Shown here piece by piece: positions 50,301 through 63,133 of a stretch of DNA of 64,000 nucleotides. Origin of the DNA: Cenococcum geophilum (lineage: Eukaryota); assembly GCA_050273025.1 (NCBI GenBank), contig CP158635.1:14508001-14572000 (forward strand). Direction: 5' to 3'. Position numbers and translations under genes: made by a program. Each line of letters opens with the position of its first letter. The first letter of the stretch is position 1. Below the pieces are notes generated by a model that did no database searches, was not told the DNA's origin, and saw only the letters and a program-made list of their open reading frames with translations.

Positions 50301-53300
50301 AGAATATGAGCCGCAAATAGAGAATATTTTAGATATGGAAAAAAGGGATATATTTAAAGGGATTGCTAAACTTACCCTTTTAAAAAGGTCCGCCGTAGCT
50401 CCTTTTAGTCCTTAAGTCGTACTTGTTTTATAAATTATACTTAGTTGCTATAAAGCATCTTGCCTTTAGTTAACTTGGAAAATAAATTATTCTAGGGCTA
50501 AGTCGCGCCTTAAAATAAGAAGTGGAAGAGTATAAGTATCTAGGCTCTTCTAGCGCTGATATACGACACGACTCCCTTAATGTACTTAGCGAAATTTAAA
50601 TACTTAGAAAATGGAAGGAAGTATAAATCCTAATAGATAGCGGAGCCACTAGTATGGGCTTTATTAATATAAACTACGCAAAAACTTAATACTTAAATTT
50701 AAAGAAACTTAATAAGCCCTAAGGCCTATAAGGCTTTAATAGTAAGCCTTTAATATACGGTGAACTAACGTACTACGCTCTTATAAAGATGTGGATAGGT
50801 AAATACCTTAAATATATTTCCCTATTTGTAATACCCTTAAAGTATTATAAGGTAATACTTAGATATAGATAGCTAAAACAATATAACCCTTTAATTAGCT
50901 AGGTTAAAGAAATACTAAAATTCCGTATAACCTACTGCTAAAGTTATTACTTAAAATACTACTTGCCCTATAAATATGTATATAACTATTTAAATTTAAT
51001 ACAATATAAATTGCCCTTGCTATAAACCTTAAACTAATATAATAAAGTTATAACTGCTAATCGTGGTAAGGAATGCGAAGATAATATATTAAAACCTCTT
51101 AAAATTTGTATAATATAAGCCGCACCCTTTTATTTGTTAGCAAGAAAACCAGATTATAAGATCTTTATTATAACACTGGAAGATATTAAGAAGGCGTTAA
51201 AACCAAAGCAATATATTAACCCCCGACCTCTTATACCTAAAGAATATTATAATCTAATTAATATATTTAAGAGATAATTTACGGACTAACTACCCCTGTA
51301 TTAAGATGAGTACGATTTTAAGATAGAACTTGAACCTGGTATAATGCTAAAGTTTAGCCCATTATATAGTATGTCGCGAGAAGAGTTACTTATAATGTAA
51401 TAATACCTTGAAGAGCACCTAAAGAAAGCATTTTATAGTTCTATATATAGTATCTTAAAATAGATATAGAGTTAATATAACTGCCCTTATTAATACTAAA
51501 GTAAATAGCTTCGCCTTTATAAATACTGCCTATATAAATAATATTACTAAGTTTCTAAATATAGAAGCTATTTAACTAGAGAAGCCTATCTAGGTAAAAG
51601 GCTATAACGGACAAGCTAGTTAGCCCATTACCTACATCTTAAAGTTATATATTGCTCTTAACGGACAACACTAATATAGTATCCCCTTTTGCATTCTAGA
51701 CCTAGGGTCCTATAATATAATCCTTAGACGAAAATAGATGTCCTATTTTAATATTTAGTTAAATATATAATAAAGATAGTTTATTTAGCTAGAGGATAGA
51801 CTAAGGTTACCCTTTTTTATTAGAGAGATCTAAACTAACTGCAAGATATTAGCTGTAAGGGCTAACCTTATTTACTAGTAGGATGTCCAGGCCCGTAACC
51901 TAGCCTTTACCTAAAAAAACGCCCGCCGCGAAGCTAGAAAGAACTCTATACTAATAAAGATACTCTCCTAAAGCGCTACGTTTAAAAAGGACTTTATATA
52001 TAAAAGTGGGACAGATAGTAATATAGACAATATCTAAATTATATAAATTTAACCGGTATAGAAAAGAACATATTAATAGGATATAAGGGATAACCTCTAA
52101 AAGATATAATAGGAGCTAAAAGGAGTAATAATAACGCTAGTACCCTAGAAGTCCCTAAAGTTATATACCCCCCTATTATTAGGCAAACCCCCCACTATAG
52201 ATATCGCTGTAATTAGTGCTATAGTGTTCTACTTTAATATATACCAGAAGGACAATAAGGTCTTTATAATAAGCCTATATAAGATTAACCAAATTATTAA
52301 TAATAGAGAGGAAAGGCTAGCTAAGGAAACCGATAAGGAACTTGTTAAACGCCTTCTTTTTACTATTTATACAGATTATAAGGATGTATTCTTAAAAGCG
52401 GCCTTAGATAAGTTACCCCCTTACCAGATATACGATTATAAGATTTAATTAGAAGCCAATAACTTACTAGGCTATAGCCCCCTCTACTATTAATTAATGG
52501 ATAAGCTAAAAGTAATAAAGTAGTACTTAATTAATAACCTAGATAAAGGGTTTATCGAGCTAAGTTAAGCCCCTTTTACTTCCCCTATTCTGTTTATAAA
52601 AAAGCCTAATAGAGGCCTTTATTTTTATATTAACTATTAAAAGCTAAACGCTATTACTTAAAAGGACTAGTATTCTATTCCTTTAATTAATAAAACCCTT
52701 ACACGTCTAAGCTAGGTAAAGATCTTTACTAAACTTAATATCCGCTAAGCTTTCTACTAAATTAGGATAGACCCAATATCTAAAGATTTAATAACATTTT
52801 ATACCCGTTATAGTTCCTATAAATATAAAGTTTTTCTTTTTAGACTAATAAACGGACTGGCTACGTACCAAAGGTATATAAATAACGTTCTTTTTAATTA
52901 CCTTAACGAATTCTATACGGCATACCTAGACAACATTCTTATATACTTAAACGACGAACTTAAGTATTAAGTTTATATTAAAAAGGTCCTGGAGAGACTA
53001 CGGAACGCGGGCTTATAAGTTAATATTAAGAAATATAAGTTTAGGGTAAAACGTATAAAATACCTTAGGTTTATCGCGACTATAGAAGGAATTAAGGTTA
53101 ACCCTAAGAAGGTAGAGGTAATCTATAATTAGAAGCCCCCCTATATAGTAAAAGAAATCTAATCCTTCCTTAGCTTTTATAACTTCTACTACTAGTTTAT
53201 CTATAACTACGGAATTATAGTAAAACCTCTTATATAACTAACTAGGAAGGATACGCTTTTTACCTTTAATAATAGCTATATAAAAGCCTTTAAAGAAATA

Positions 53301-55953
53301 AAGAATTAGCTTATCTCTTCCCTAATTCTTTATTACTATAACCTAGACCTTAAATTAATGCTAGAAACGGATGCCTCTAATAGGGTTATAGCGGGAATCT
53401 TATTATAATTATATCTAGATAGTAAATAGTACTCTATTACTTTCTTCTTAAAGATAATAAACCTAGCTAAGTATAACTATAAAGTACATAATAAAGAAAT
53501 ACTAGTTATTATTTAATTACTTTCTTAATAGTGTATAGAGCTTAAAGGTATAAACTCCTGGATTAAGATATATATAGATTATAAAGCTTTAGAGTACTTT
53601 ATAACTATAAAGTAGCTTACTAAATAATAAGCCTAATGGGCCAAAATACTCTCCCAATTCTTCTTTACGATTATATATTATTTTAGTAAGTAAAACTCTA
53701 AGGCTAATACCTTAACCCAAAGAGAATAAGATATAGGACCCTAGGATAAGCTAAAGACCTAATATTAGACGTGTGCCCTCCTCTATCTAGAATAGCTTAA
53801 CCTATAAATTCTTAAGGAGCTAGACTTCTAGTAAAACGAGCTAGCACTAATAAAGGAGTCTTTAGATAAGCTAATAGGGCTAATTAACTGCCTTTTAACT
53901 ATAAACCGCACGGCTAACGCCTTAAGGGCCCTCCGCAAATAAGCTGTAAAAAAAGACCCTAATTTTAAAACAGAGGAAGGATTGCTCCTATACTAGAAGC
54001 GGCTTATAGTCCCTAATATTAATAACCTATAGACTAAATTAATCCGCGAAGCTTATTGCTAAATCTCTACGGTATATTCTAGTAAGAATAAGACCCGTAA
54101 AATTATTAACTGCCGCTACTACTAGCCGAGAATGGTTGTGGATATTAATTAATATATATAGAACTATAAAGACTGCTAAAGAGCTATAATCCCACGGGAT
54201 AAGACCCTAGGACTACTTAAGCCACTCCTAATACTAAAGCGCCCTTAGTAGTATATCTTTATAGACTTTTATAAACTACCTATAGACCGTAACGGATACG
54301 ATATAGTTATAGTTATAGTTAACTGCTTTAGTAAACGCCCGTTCTTAATTCCCTGTTATAAGAATATTAATGCTAAAAAGGTAGCCTAGCTATATATCTA
54401 TTACGTCTACTAAATCTATAGACTACTAGATACTATTATATCTAATTATAGGCTATAGTTTATATCGGCCTTCTAGAATAAGTTTACCTAGATCCTAAGT
54501 ATTAAGCTAAAGCTTTTTACGGCTTATTACCTCTAGATAGACGGTTAGACGGAGATTATAAATTAGTACCTAAACTAGAGGCTTAGGCCCTTTATTAACT
54601 ATTTCTAGGACAACTAGTCTAAACTACTACCCTTAATAGACTACGCGTAAGTAACCCTACCCTATAACTCTATAGGGTTTGCCCTAATTTAGCTAAAAAT
54701 GGGATACTTACCCTATATAAGCTTTAACTAGAAAAGGCTAGAAGAACCCTAGACTGTATAAAAGAAGCTATCCTATACTAAGGCCTAATAGTACGCTAAA
54801 TAATTAGAGGAAGCCTAGATGGTAGCCCATAAGAACCTAAAAAAAGCTTAGAGGTTAATAAAACAGCAGGCAAATAAACACTATTAAGAGCCTAACTTTG
54901 CCCCTAGTAATATGGTCTAGGTTATAATAAGGAATTTAAAGACTAAACGACCTAGCCGTAAGCTGGACTACTAAATAGTAGGACCGTATAAGGTTCTTAA
55001 AAAGATAGATAACTTATACAAAATAAAGCTCCCAGATTTAATTAGGGTTTATTCTATCTTCTTATTAAATAAGTTATAGAAAGCTGTAAACGACCTATTA
55101 CCTAGATAAAAGAACGAGCCTCCCCTACTAGTTTAAGTAAACGGTGATAATAAATAGGAGGTTAATAAAATACTAGCCTATAAGATAGTATGGGGAACGC
55201 TAAAATACCGTATTTAATAAAAGGGCTATAATTCTAACCCAACCTAGTACCTTACGTAGAACTTTATAGGCTGCCCCTAGAAGCTTAAAGAGTTTTATAA
55301 TTAATACCCTAATATACCTAGACCCCTAAAGTACCTAAATAAATAGATGGAATACTAGTATAATAAAGACAATAAGTTACTAGAAGAATATAGGGACAAA
55401 AACGCCCTAAAGCCCTAATGTAGCTGTCTGTCAAATTCTGCTATATACTGCCGTTTTCTACCAGTACTATAAAATTTTAAATATCTAGGAACTTTAACCG
55501 CCGGTTAAAGTTATCTAATTAGCTAGATCCGTGCCAAGACTTTTAGCAGCTACTCTTTCTAGCCTAGTGCTTCCACTTAGCCTACAATCGCCCTTTGTAC
55601 TTAGTCTGGACATACTTATATCCCCTTTATCTCCTTATCTTATATTTTTTTTTATAATCCTACGTTTATAAGCCTAGTACTACCCTATTTCTAACTAAGC
55701 CTAAAGGCAGGCTTTCTTTTAAAGAGGGGGGTGATGTAACGGCGCTATCGGCGCTATCGCACGTTACCTAATAAATTCTGCTATATTCTACCGATTTATA
55801 ATTAGCCCGCCCAAAGCTAGCGCCTTAGCGGCTTACCCTATATATTTGTTTACACCGGCCCTAGCAACCCCTTTTCCTTCTCTTTAGCTTAGTATCTTTG
55901 TAATACAGCATTCTATAAGCTTTGGTTCAGAGGTATTTATATAAGCCGTAATA
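47392..55953 (+). mobile_element. Full-span Gypsy/chromovirus retrotransposon with both LTRs, RIPed, containing a nested truncated Gypsy
   Basis: 219-bp LTRs at 47392-47610 and 55735-55953; TSD GACTT (47387-91, 55954-58); PPT AAAGAGGGGGG. Motifs: gag zinc knuckle (about 48880), YLD(D)ILIY (52923), ETDAS (53364), DG(Q)TE (54540), chromodomain (about 55150-55270). Confidence 0.93.
48990..51428 (+). mobile_element. Nested Gypsy element: 5' LTR (48990-49292), gag and protease; remainder deleted
   Basis: The LTR matches the split solo LTR at 18372-22812. The interior has gag-like KLPDP(P)MF and IDSGATSMGFI protease (about 50632). The host protease resumes abruptly at about 51429. Confidence 0.85.
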
Positions 55954-57729
55954 GACTTTATATTAGAGGTAACCTATAAGAATTAATCTATAAGGACACC
56001 TATATAGTAACTCTAGCAGCTAGAGTCTTTAGAGCTCTTATAGCAATCATCGCAGTATTTAATTTAGATATTTAGTAAGGTAACGCTGTTAACGCGTTTA
56101 TAAATAGCCTAATTAATAAGATAGTCTACATTAAGTATCTAGATAGATTTACTATTAAGGGTAAATATCTACTACTACGTAGAGCTCTCTATAGAATTTA
56201 ACAATTGCTACGTCTTTAGTATAATAACTTTAGTAATTAACTTATTAAATTAGGGTTAAAGCCTATTAGTAGAGAGCCGTATTTCTACTATAATAACTTA
56301 CTAATTATATTCTTCTACGTAGACGATATCTACGTCGCCTTTACTAAAGAAAATTAATTAGAGCTTTAAAGCTTTAAGGAAGCATTTATAAAGAAGTATA
56401 AGATAAAGAACCTAGGTAAACTATTCTAGTTCCTAGGAATTTAAGTCTTAAGAGATAGAAGTTAAAGAAAGTTATAGCTCTGTTAAGACTCCTATATTAA
56501 GAAAATTGCTAATATATTTTACCTAACTAATATACACTTAGTTAGTATACCTATAAGCACTAATAAGCTCCTACCTAACCTAGAGGAAGCTTTAAAGTAG
56601 GAGATTTACATCTACTAAAGGATAGTTAGATTACTACTTTATATAACCTATATTATAAGACCTAATATAGCTAGAGCTTTAAGTAAGCTATTAGAGTTTC
56701 TATAAAACCCCTTACCTCTATATAATGCCGCGGCCTATTAAGTAATTACCTACCTCTATTAGATAAGGACACTTGCGATTAAATACTTAGGTTAAAATAT
56801 AGGGAGTTAAGCCTTTATAGGGGTAAGTAACGCGGCGTTTAGAGATAATTTAATAAGCAGACGTAGTACGGAAGGATATTTATTTACCCTATTTAGAAGA
56901 GTAATTAATTAGCGCTCTATAAAGCAGACGCTAGTAATAAAGTTAAGCATAGAGGTAAAGCTTATGGCTCTATCCCATGCAGGAACTAAGTTAATTTAGT
57001 AGAGTTGCTTCTTTAAGGAAATTAAATTATCCTTAGATAAGGAATAAATAATTAGCTATAATAATTTATAGATAATTAAACTACTTATAAAGGACAGAAA
57101 AGAGCTCTCTATAAAGCTTTAACATATTAATATATACTACTACTAGCTACGCTAAGAAGTACGTAATAGTTGAATTAAAATTAACTAGATACCTACCGCT
57201 ATAATAGTCGCAGACGGCTTAATAAAGGCCCTACCGCGCCAGAAGCACGAAGCCTTTATTTAATAATTAAATCTTATTAATATTAAGGATCTAATTTAAT
57301 TTAATCTGGATAATATTAGATAAGGCAACTATATGGATTTCTTTAACTTAATACTAAATTAGTATTATAACTTTTTCTATTTTCTATTTAGCTACTTAGT
57401 CTTAACTAAGCAGCTAGGGGGGTATATTAAACGTTAAGGTCACTGTCAAGTACCACCTTATGACTTACACCCTGTTTCTTGCCATTGTATGTCTTACTAT
57501 CTATTTTCTATTACCTATTCATTACCTATCACCGACTAAGTGGCAATGTCGACCTGGTGGCGATTGAGTAATAGTTCCAAATCGTCGTCAGTGTCGTCGT
57601 CAGTGTCGTCGTCAGTCCTTTGCCCCGACCTCATGTATATAGAGAGCTTCTAGAGCCAGCTTTAATCGACGGAGTTCTTATGAGTGACTTGTCCGTCCGA
57701 CACCTCCACATGCGTCTACACGCGTTTCC

Positions 57730-57954
57730 TGCTTATAAACGGTCGTATAAGATACGTTAATAGCCCTCGCAATAGCTAACACCTTCTTACCAGCTTTAAT
57801 TCTAACCCTAATTCGATATACAACCTTAGGCGCGAGCCCCCCGCCCATTTTAGGCAATAAGTAGTGGATTAAATGCGTTACATTGCATTTCATACAAATT
57901 TTGGTGGGGCTGTTCGTGGGCTTAAGCGAGTCCACGATCTTTTGCGGATGACTG
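57730..57954 (-). mobile_element. Truncated 5' end of a Tc1/mariner-like transposon
   Basis: The minus strand begins CAGTCATCCGCAAAAG (Tc1/impala-like TIR start). ATG at 57848 gives MGGGLAPKVVYRIRVRIKAGKKVLAIARAINVSYTTVYK, which is HTH-like. The flank is CA rather than TA and no partner TIR was seen. Confidence 0.5.
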
Positions 57955-58842
57955 CAAAGGAGTTTAGGGTGGGACGCAGACTGGGTTTTTGAAAAAAAAA
58001 ACCCTAAAAATTACGGTCACAACCTCTAGATTCAGCAGGCATTTCGCTACCTAGCGGTTTTATTATATAAATTTATTTTCTATATATTAAATAATTATAT
58101 TAATGGGTTTTTTTAATTATATTATGTCAGACGCTGAGCAGGCTGATGGGAATGATACATATGATGCTCTATGAGGAAGAATCTCAGGGGCTTGAAGGCC
58201 CCGAGAAGGTATCTACACGATGGCCCGCGCGCTGTCACGTGACACGTCGCTGAGCTCAAAGAGACTGCCCAAGTACCCCCTACTAACATATTATTTATTA
58301 GGGGGGTATTATTTAAAGATAAACTGTCTCGCTTGGGGGGGGGGGGGGTGTCTGGGGTCTGATGTTACGACTTAAGTAGATTTTAGACGGATTTTGGCCA
58401 TAACCCGACCGACTGCCCATATCCAGCTTTTTATAAAATATCGCTACAACGTTGTTATTGGATGCATTAGATGGAGAAGCTAAAGAACTCCCACTTTATA
58501 GTTTTTTCATAATAATTAGACGCTAAATAAGGGACGAGATACGGCAGTGAAAAGATAAGTTTTGGGTGTATTTTGGGCTTGGGTACCACCAAAGCTAGGA
58601 CCATAAGCTCTCAGACCCTCCGTGGAAGATTCGTTTGGATAAGGAGCAGTATGCCCACACAAACAATCCATGAGATAAACTTTAGCAGCATTGTTGCCTA
58701 TAACACGTGATAATCTCCATGCACCCGTTCTCTCGTCCTCCATTCATTTCCTAATTCCTTTCTTTCTCCTTCTCTACTGATTCTACTGATATTAGACATC
58801 CTCACTGAGGCCCCGAGCAATACTACGTACCCGTAGACCAAA

Positions 58843-60986
58843 ATGCCTAGGAAGGGTTCCAAGACAGCCACACCACAGCTACTGATTGGGTGCCACATTG
58901 CACTAAGTGGCACTTTTACAGGCACTACTCATGCTGCAATTCAAGGTCAAATTACATCCCTTGGGGGTTTCATAACCAAATCGATCACCGACGACACTAC
59001 CCATCTCGTCACGACCCAACGTGACTACGACAAATCGTCTACCAAAGTGAATGCTGCTCGGGAGCATAATCTGCACATTGTCAGCCTTGCATGGATCGAG
59101 CATTGCCTCTCAGCAACGTCTAAGGTGGCCGAGAAAGCCTATCTCTTCACATCATCGCCTGCCGATGTCCCTTCGCAATCGAACGGTCCTCCAAAGCGAA
59201 ATGCTTCACCGGACAGCTCTGCTGATGAGAATGCGAGGTCTCGACTCAAGAAGCAGAAGACTGTCAATGGTTCCAAGACCAAAGTCAAGAGCGACCAAAT
59301 CGCGGACGGACTGATTGTCAAATCATCTAATGTCAAGATTCCGCTCGACGAAGGCTGTCCTCTCACCACCTACGAAGTCTACATTGATGAAAACAGTGTT
59401 ATTTATGATGCTTCCTTAAACCAAGCCAACGCAACTGCCAACAACAATAAGTTTTATCGCATTCAGGTTCTTGCCATTTTCCAAGATATTTTCGAACCTT
59501 GCTAACTTGCTGCAGATTCTTCGAAATCCCACCAATGGAGATTGCAAGACCTGGACCAGATGGGGCCGAGTTGGCGAACATGGCCAGAGCGCAGATCTTG
59601 GCGATGGGACTCTACACAATGCCCTCCAACTGTTCGATAAGAAGTTCAAGGACAAGTCCGGCCTCAGATGGACTGACCGGAGAAATGACCCTAAGCCTGG
59701 CAAATACGCTTTTATCGAACGTAACTACAACCCTGACTCTGATGATGAAGATGATGCCGGCGCCGGCAGAATGGATGGGACCAAAGACGCAACTCAGGAC
59801 GAGCCGGGGACTCCTGAGCCCACGATTCATCCCGCAACTCAGCAATTAATGGAGCTAATTTTCAATCAACAATACTTTGCCGCAACAATGAGTGATCTCA
59901 ACTACGATGCGAACAAGCTCCCTCTCGGAAAGCTCAGCAAAGCCACAATCAGTCGAGGTTTCCAAACCCTCAAGGACCTCTCTGCTCTTCTGGATGACCA
60001 CACATTGGCCGCTCACTATGGCATGCCTCTGGGTGCTGCCACTGAGCATCTTTCGAACCTTTACTACACCGTCATTCCCCACGTGTTTGGTCGTAATCGA
60101 CCACCCATCATTCGATCTCCGGATATGCTTAAGAAAGAAATAGAACTTCTGGAGAGCCTAGGAGATATGAAGGATGCAGCTCTCATCATGAAGACCAAAC
60201 AACAGGACGTCAAGAAAATCCATCACTTAGACAGGCAGTTTCAAGGGCTCGGAATGCAAGAGATGGCCCCTCTTGATCCTAGCGGCACCGAATTTGCCGA
60301 GTTGGAGAATTATTTGCTGAGCACTCGAGGCGCAACCCACAATCTCAACTGCAGCATTCAGCAAATTTTCAGGATTGAACGTCAAGGAGAAAAAGAACAG
60401 TTCGAAAAAAGCAACTTTGCCAGCACGTCTCGTGACCGACGTCTGCTATGGCATGGCTCCCGTTGTACAAACTTCGCTGGGATTCTTAGCCAAGGGCTGC
60501 GCATCGCTCCACCAGAGGCGCCGGTATCAGGATACATGTTCGGAAAAGGCATCTACCTTGCAGATATGTCCTCCAAGTCAGCCAACTACTGTTGCCCGTA
60601 CATCTCCAACGGCCACGCTCTCCTTCTTCTATGTGAGGCAGAATTAGGCAACCCCATACAATCGCTGACGTCCGCCTCTTACAATGCCGGCGAAGATGCC
60701 AAGAGCAAAGGCATGTTATCGACGTTGGGCCAAGGCATGACTGGCCCCAAGGCATGGAAGGATGCGAAGTGTGTGCACCCGTCCTTAGCAGGGGTTCTCA
60801 TGGTATTTCAAAACTTTACTTGGTCCCTTTTTATATTCCCTGACTGACTCCTGCCCTTTACAGCCTGACACGGCGACCGCGCCAGGACCTACCGATGTTC
60901 CAAATGCTGGACTTTTGTACAACGAGTATATCTGCTACGACATCTCCCAAGTTCGACTTCGATATCTCCTTAGAATCAAGATATGA
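58843..60986 (+). CDS. Poly(ADP-ribose) polymerase (BRCT-WGR-regulatory-catalytic; fungal PARP, PrpA/NPO-like), 3 exons, about 677 aa
   Basis: Exons 58843-59466, 59516-60802 and 60864-60986; introns are 49 and 61 nt with GCTAAC/ACTGAC branch sites. BRCT (THLV...IVSLAWI), WGR (NNNKFYRIQ...WTRWGRVG), LPLGKLS and the catalytic H-Y-E triad (WHGSR, GIYLAD, YNEYI) are all present. Confidence 0.97.
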
Positions 60987-61633
60987 AAACGAGATAATCG
61001 GCTGGATGTATTCCTGAATGGGAGCCGGGAGGCGAGGCATCCAGGTTTAATTTACAGCATGATCATCGTTGTTTTGCTCTACTCCAAGCATAGACCCAAT
61101 ATAATATGTTTCGTAGCTATTTCATCTCAACTCCGTTCACAAGGTTTAGATACTGGATTGTGTGGATGAGTATCAAGATACTTTTGTAGAAGTGGTCCAG
61201 GAGCAGCTGTAGGACTAAGGACGGCAAATCAATATGGCTAACGAGAGTGATGTTGGGCAAGGCATTGTTAGTTAGGCGTACTCTGGGTAACCGTCTAAGA
61301 GCGAGGTCTATTCTGAAGACTAGAATAATCATTACTGCATCACTGGAAAGGGGTTTAAACCCCTTTGTCTTAGTGTTAAGTGAGGAAAAGTCCTTAGGTA
61401 AAGCTTTCATAGAGCCGTCGAACAATACAAAAGTGGTTTCCACATCATCTAAGATGAAACCCCCCCCCCCAAATATCGTAAAGCCCAAACAAGCCCTTTA
61501 TTACCTGAATAGCCACAAAAATCTACTGCAAAAGCCTGCAACGACACTTTCGCTGGTTTACTATGTCAATCCATCCCTGAGATCATCAATGCAAATGACT
61601 CCCAACCCCCGGAGGATACAGGTGTCCTGTTTT

Positions 61634-63133
61634 TCACTCGCCGTCATCCGTCCCGTCCTCGTCATCTGATATGGAATCTAAAAAATTGTGGTCATTGTCA
61701 CGCTTAGAGGACTTAAGGCAAAAAGAGGATAACATACCGTCCTCACTATCGCTAGAGGCTTCTGGCCAGTCAATAACCATATCCGATACGAGATTATCGG
61801 GAAAATGCCTCATATCGTACCCAGAGTACTCCTTTGTGAGGCTCATTTCCCCAGACTGGTCCGCCGGAAGCTTGAACTTGACATGCTGGGTCTGGTCTCG
61901 AAGCACCTGCGAAAGATAGCCAACGGAGATATAATCTAGGTCGGAGAGTTGACCGAAAAACTCAGCCCACATATTGGCTCTCGGATTGCGGTGATGCTGT
62001 TGATCTTGAGGGCAGAGGGTTATCTTCCAAAGACTGAGCGCCCGAAGCGTCGGCTTAAACTTGTGGATAGCAGCAAGCAGAGTGCGCGGCGACACGAGAA
62101 TCATGCCGAAATCTAGCCGTCGGAGCTGGGATAACGCAACCAGGTCTGGAGACTTGGGTATCGGAGGGCCCGAAGACGAGTTAATAGAATCGACTTGCGT
62201 CACGGGACGACTCAGCCAGAGCAAGAAATCCTCGGCGCGAGGCGGCTGCGCATTCTGGACGTTGAGGCGGAGGTGGGTGAGATTCGGAGTGCGGCAGAGA
62301 AACTGCCTTAGGAGATAATCAGGACGCGTGACGTCTGGGCTATCGTCGTCACCTGTAGCGAGCAACATGGGCTCACTTGAAAGATCAAGAACCAAAAGAA
62401 GTGACTTGAGGTTAGATAGGACAGGCGTAACCGAAGGCTCAAGGAACTTGGGTATATTGAAGGCATTATCATTGAGCCCTAAGCGTCGCTGTCGCAAAAG
62501 GACCTCGAAGGTGTGCGGCTTGGCTCCCGATTGGCCAAGTGCGTAAAGAATGGTAGAAAATGCCCGAGCGGCAAAGCGTGTTTGTTCGTCTGATGCAGGC
62601 AGACGATGATCATTGATCAAACGGAGTCCTGTTTCTTGAAAGATAGTGGTAGCACCGTAGCTGGTCCATTCACAGCCATCACGGACGCGGCCTCTAGAGT
62701 TGAAGTTCCTCAAGCCTATTGTTTGGAGATTGGGTAGATTTCGGAAAGCTTGGGCAAGCATTTCCCGATCTTGACCCGTGCTAAGGAAGGTGAATTGATC
62801 AGCGCGCCCGGTGCAGAACCGAGGTGTGCGTAGAGTTCGACCAAAATTAGATGCCTTGCAACAGTTTTCGTAGTTATCCAAGCCGATGATGACGTGACTG
62901 AGGCATTGTGACAGTCTTGGGTGGTTAGATATGTCGACCAAAGCCTGGAGACTCTCCTCGGAGAGCATAAACTGCTTCTTGGTGAAGAACTCTCTGAAAA
63001 AGGTCTTAGACAGCGACGTCTCGATGTGCATGCAGGTCCGACGCAGCGAACAAAGATCGCGGGTGGGAAGATAAGCTGTAATGAGAAGGAGAATCTCAAG
63101 GGGAACTTTCGTGAGAGGAGATTGAGAATCCAT
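61634..63133 (-). CDS. F-box domain protein with LRR-like repeats and acidic tail
   Basis: A long open frame with likely start MDSQ at 63133. N-terminal F-box motif LTKVPLEILLLITAYLPTRDLCSLRRTC; repeated LPNLQTIGL/TPNLTHLRL/LSQLRRLDF segments. Probable in-frame 60-nt intron at 61678-61737. Confidence 0.85.
   Translation of the reverse strand: MDSQSPLTKVPLEILLLITAYLPTRDLCSLRRTCMHIETSLSKTFFREFFTKKQFMLSEESLQALVDISNHPRLSQCLSHVIIGLDNYENCCKASNFGRTLRTPRFCTGRADQFTFLSTGQDREMLAQAFRNLPNLQTIGLRNFNSRGRVRDGCEWTSYGATTIFQETGLRLINDHRLPASDEQTRFAARAFSTILYALGQSGAKPHTFEVLLRQRRLGLNDNAFNIPKFLEPSVTPVLSNLKSLLLVLDLSSEPMLLATGDDDSPDVTRPDYLLRQFLCRTPNLTHLRLNVQNAQPPRAEDFLLWLSRPVTQVDSINSSSGPPIPKSPDLVALSQLRRLDFGMILVSPRTLLAAIHKFKPTLRALSLWKITLCPQDQQHHRNPRANMWAEFFGQLSDLDYISVGYLSQVLRDQTQHVKFKLPADQSGEMSLTKEYSGYDMRHFPDNLVSDMVIDWPEASSDSEDGMLSSFCLKSSKRDNDHNFLDSISDDEDGTDDGE

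Larger units (their letters stand above)
40446..57582 (+). mobile_element. Ty1/Copia retrotransposon (5' end lost) hosting a nested LINE and a full Gypsy
   Basis: Domain order is gag, PR, IN, RT, RH. Motifs: L(W)HS(R)LG(H) (about 41840), KFKA(R)L|(C)(V)RG(D)L(Q) split by the Gypsy, FFYVDDI (about 56310), KHI(D)I(H)YHWLR-like (about 57120). PPT GGGGGG (57417-22) precedes an LTR from about 57425. The LTR right end is approximate. Confidence 0.85.

Noticed and set aside
57582..57617. 12-bp tandem repeat (TCGTCGTCAGTG)x3 that would encode an acidic stretch on the minus strand
   Set aside because: Too short and no enclosing ORF or function can be supported.
61117..61669. Overlapping 123-aa and 140-aa ORFs between PARP and the F-box gene
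   Set aside because: They lie in the convergent 3' UTR/intergenic zone and show no recognisable motifs; probably spurious or a mildly RIPed fragment.
58516..62546. Many short antisense or alternate-frame ORFs overlapping PARP and the F-box gene
   Set aside because: Shadow frames of real coding sequence with no independent motifs.
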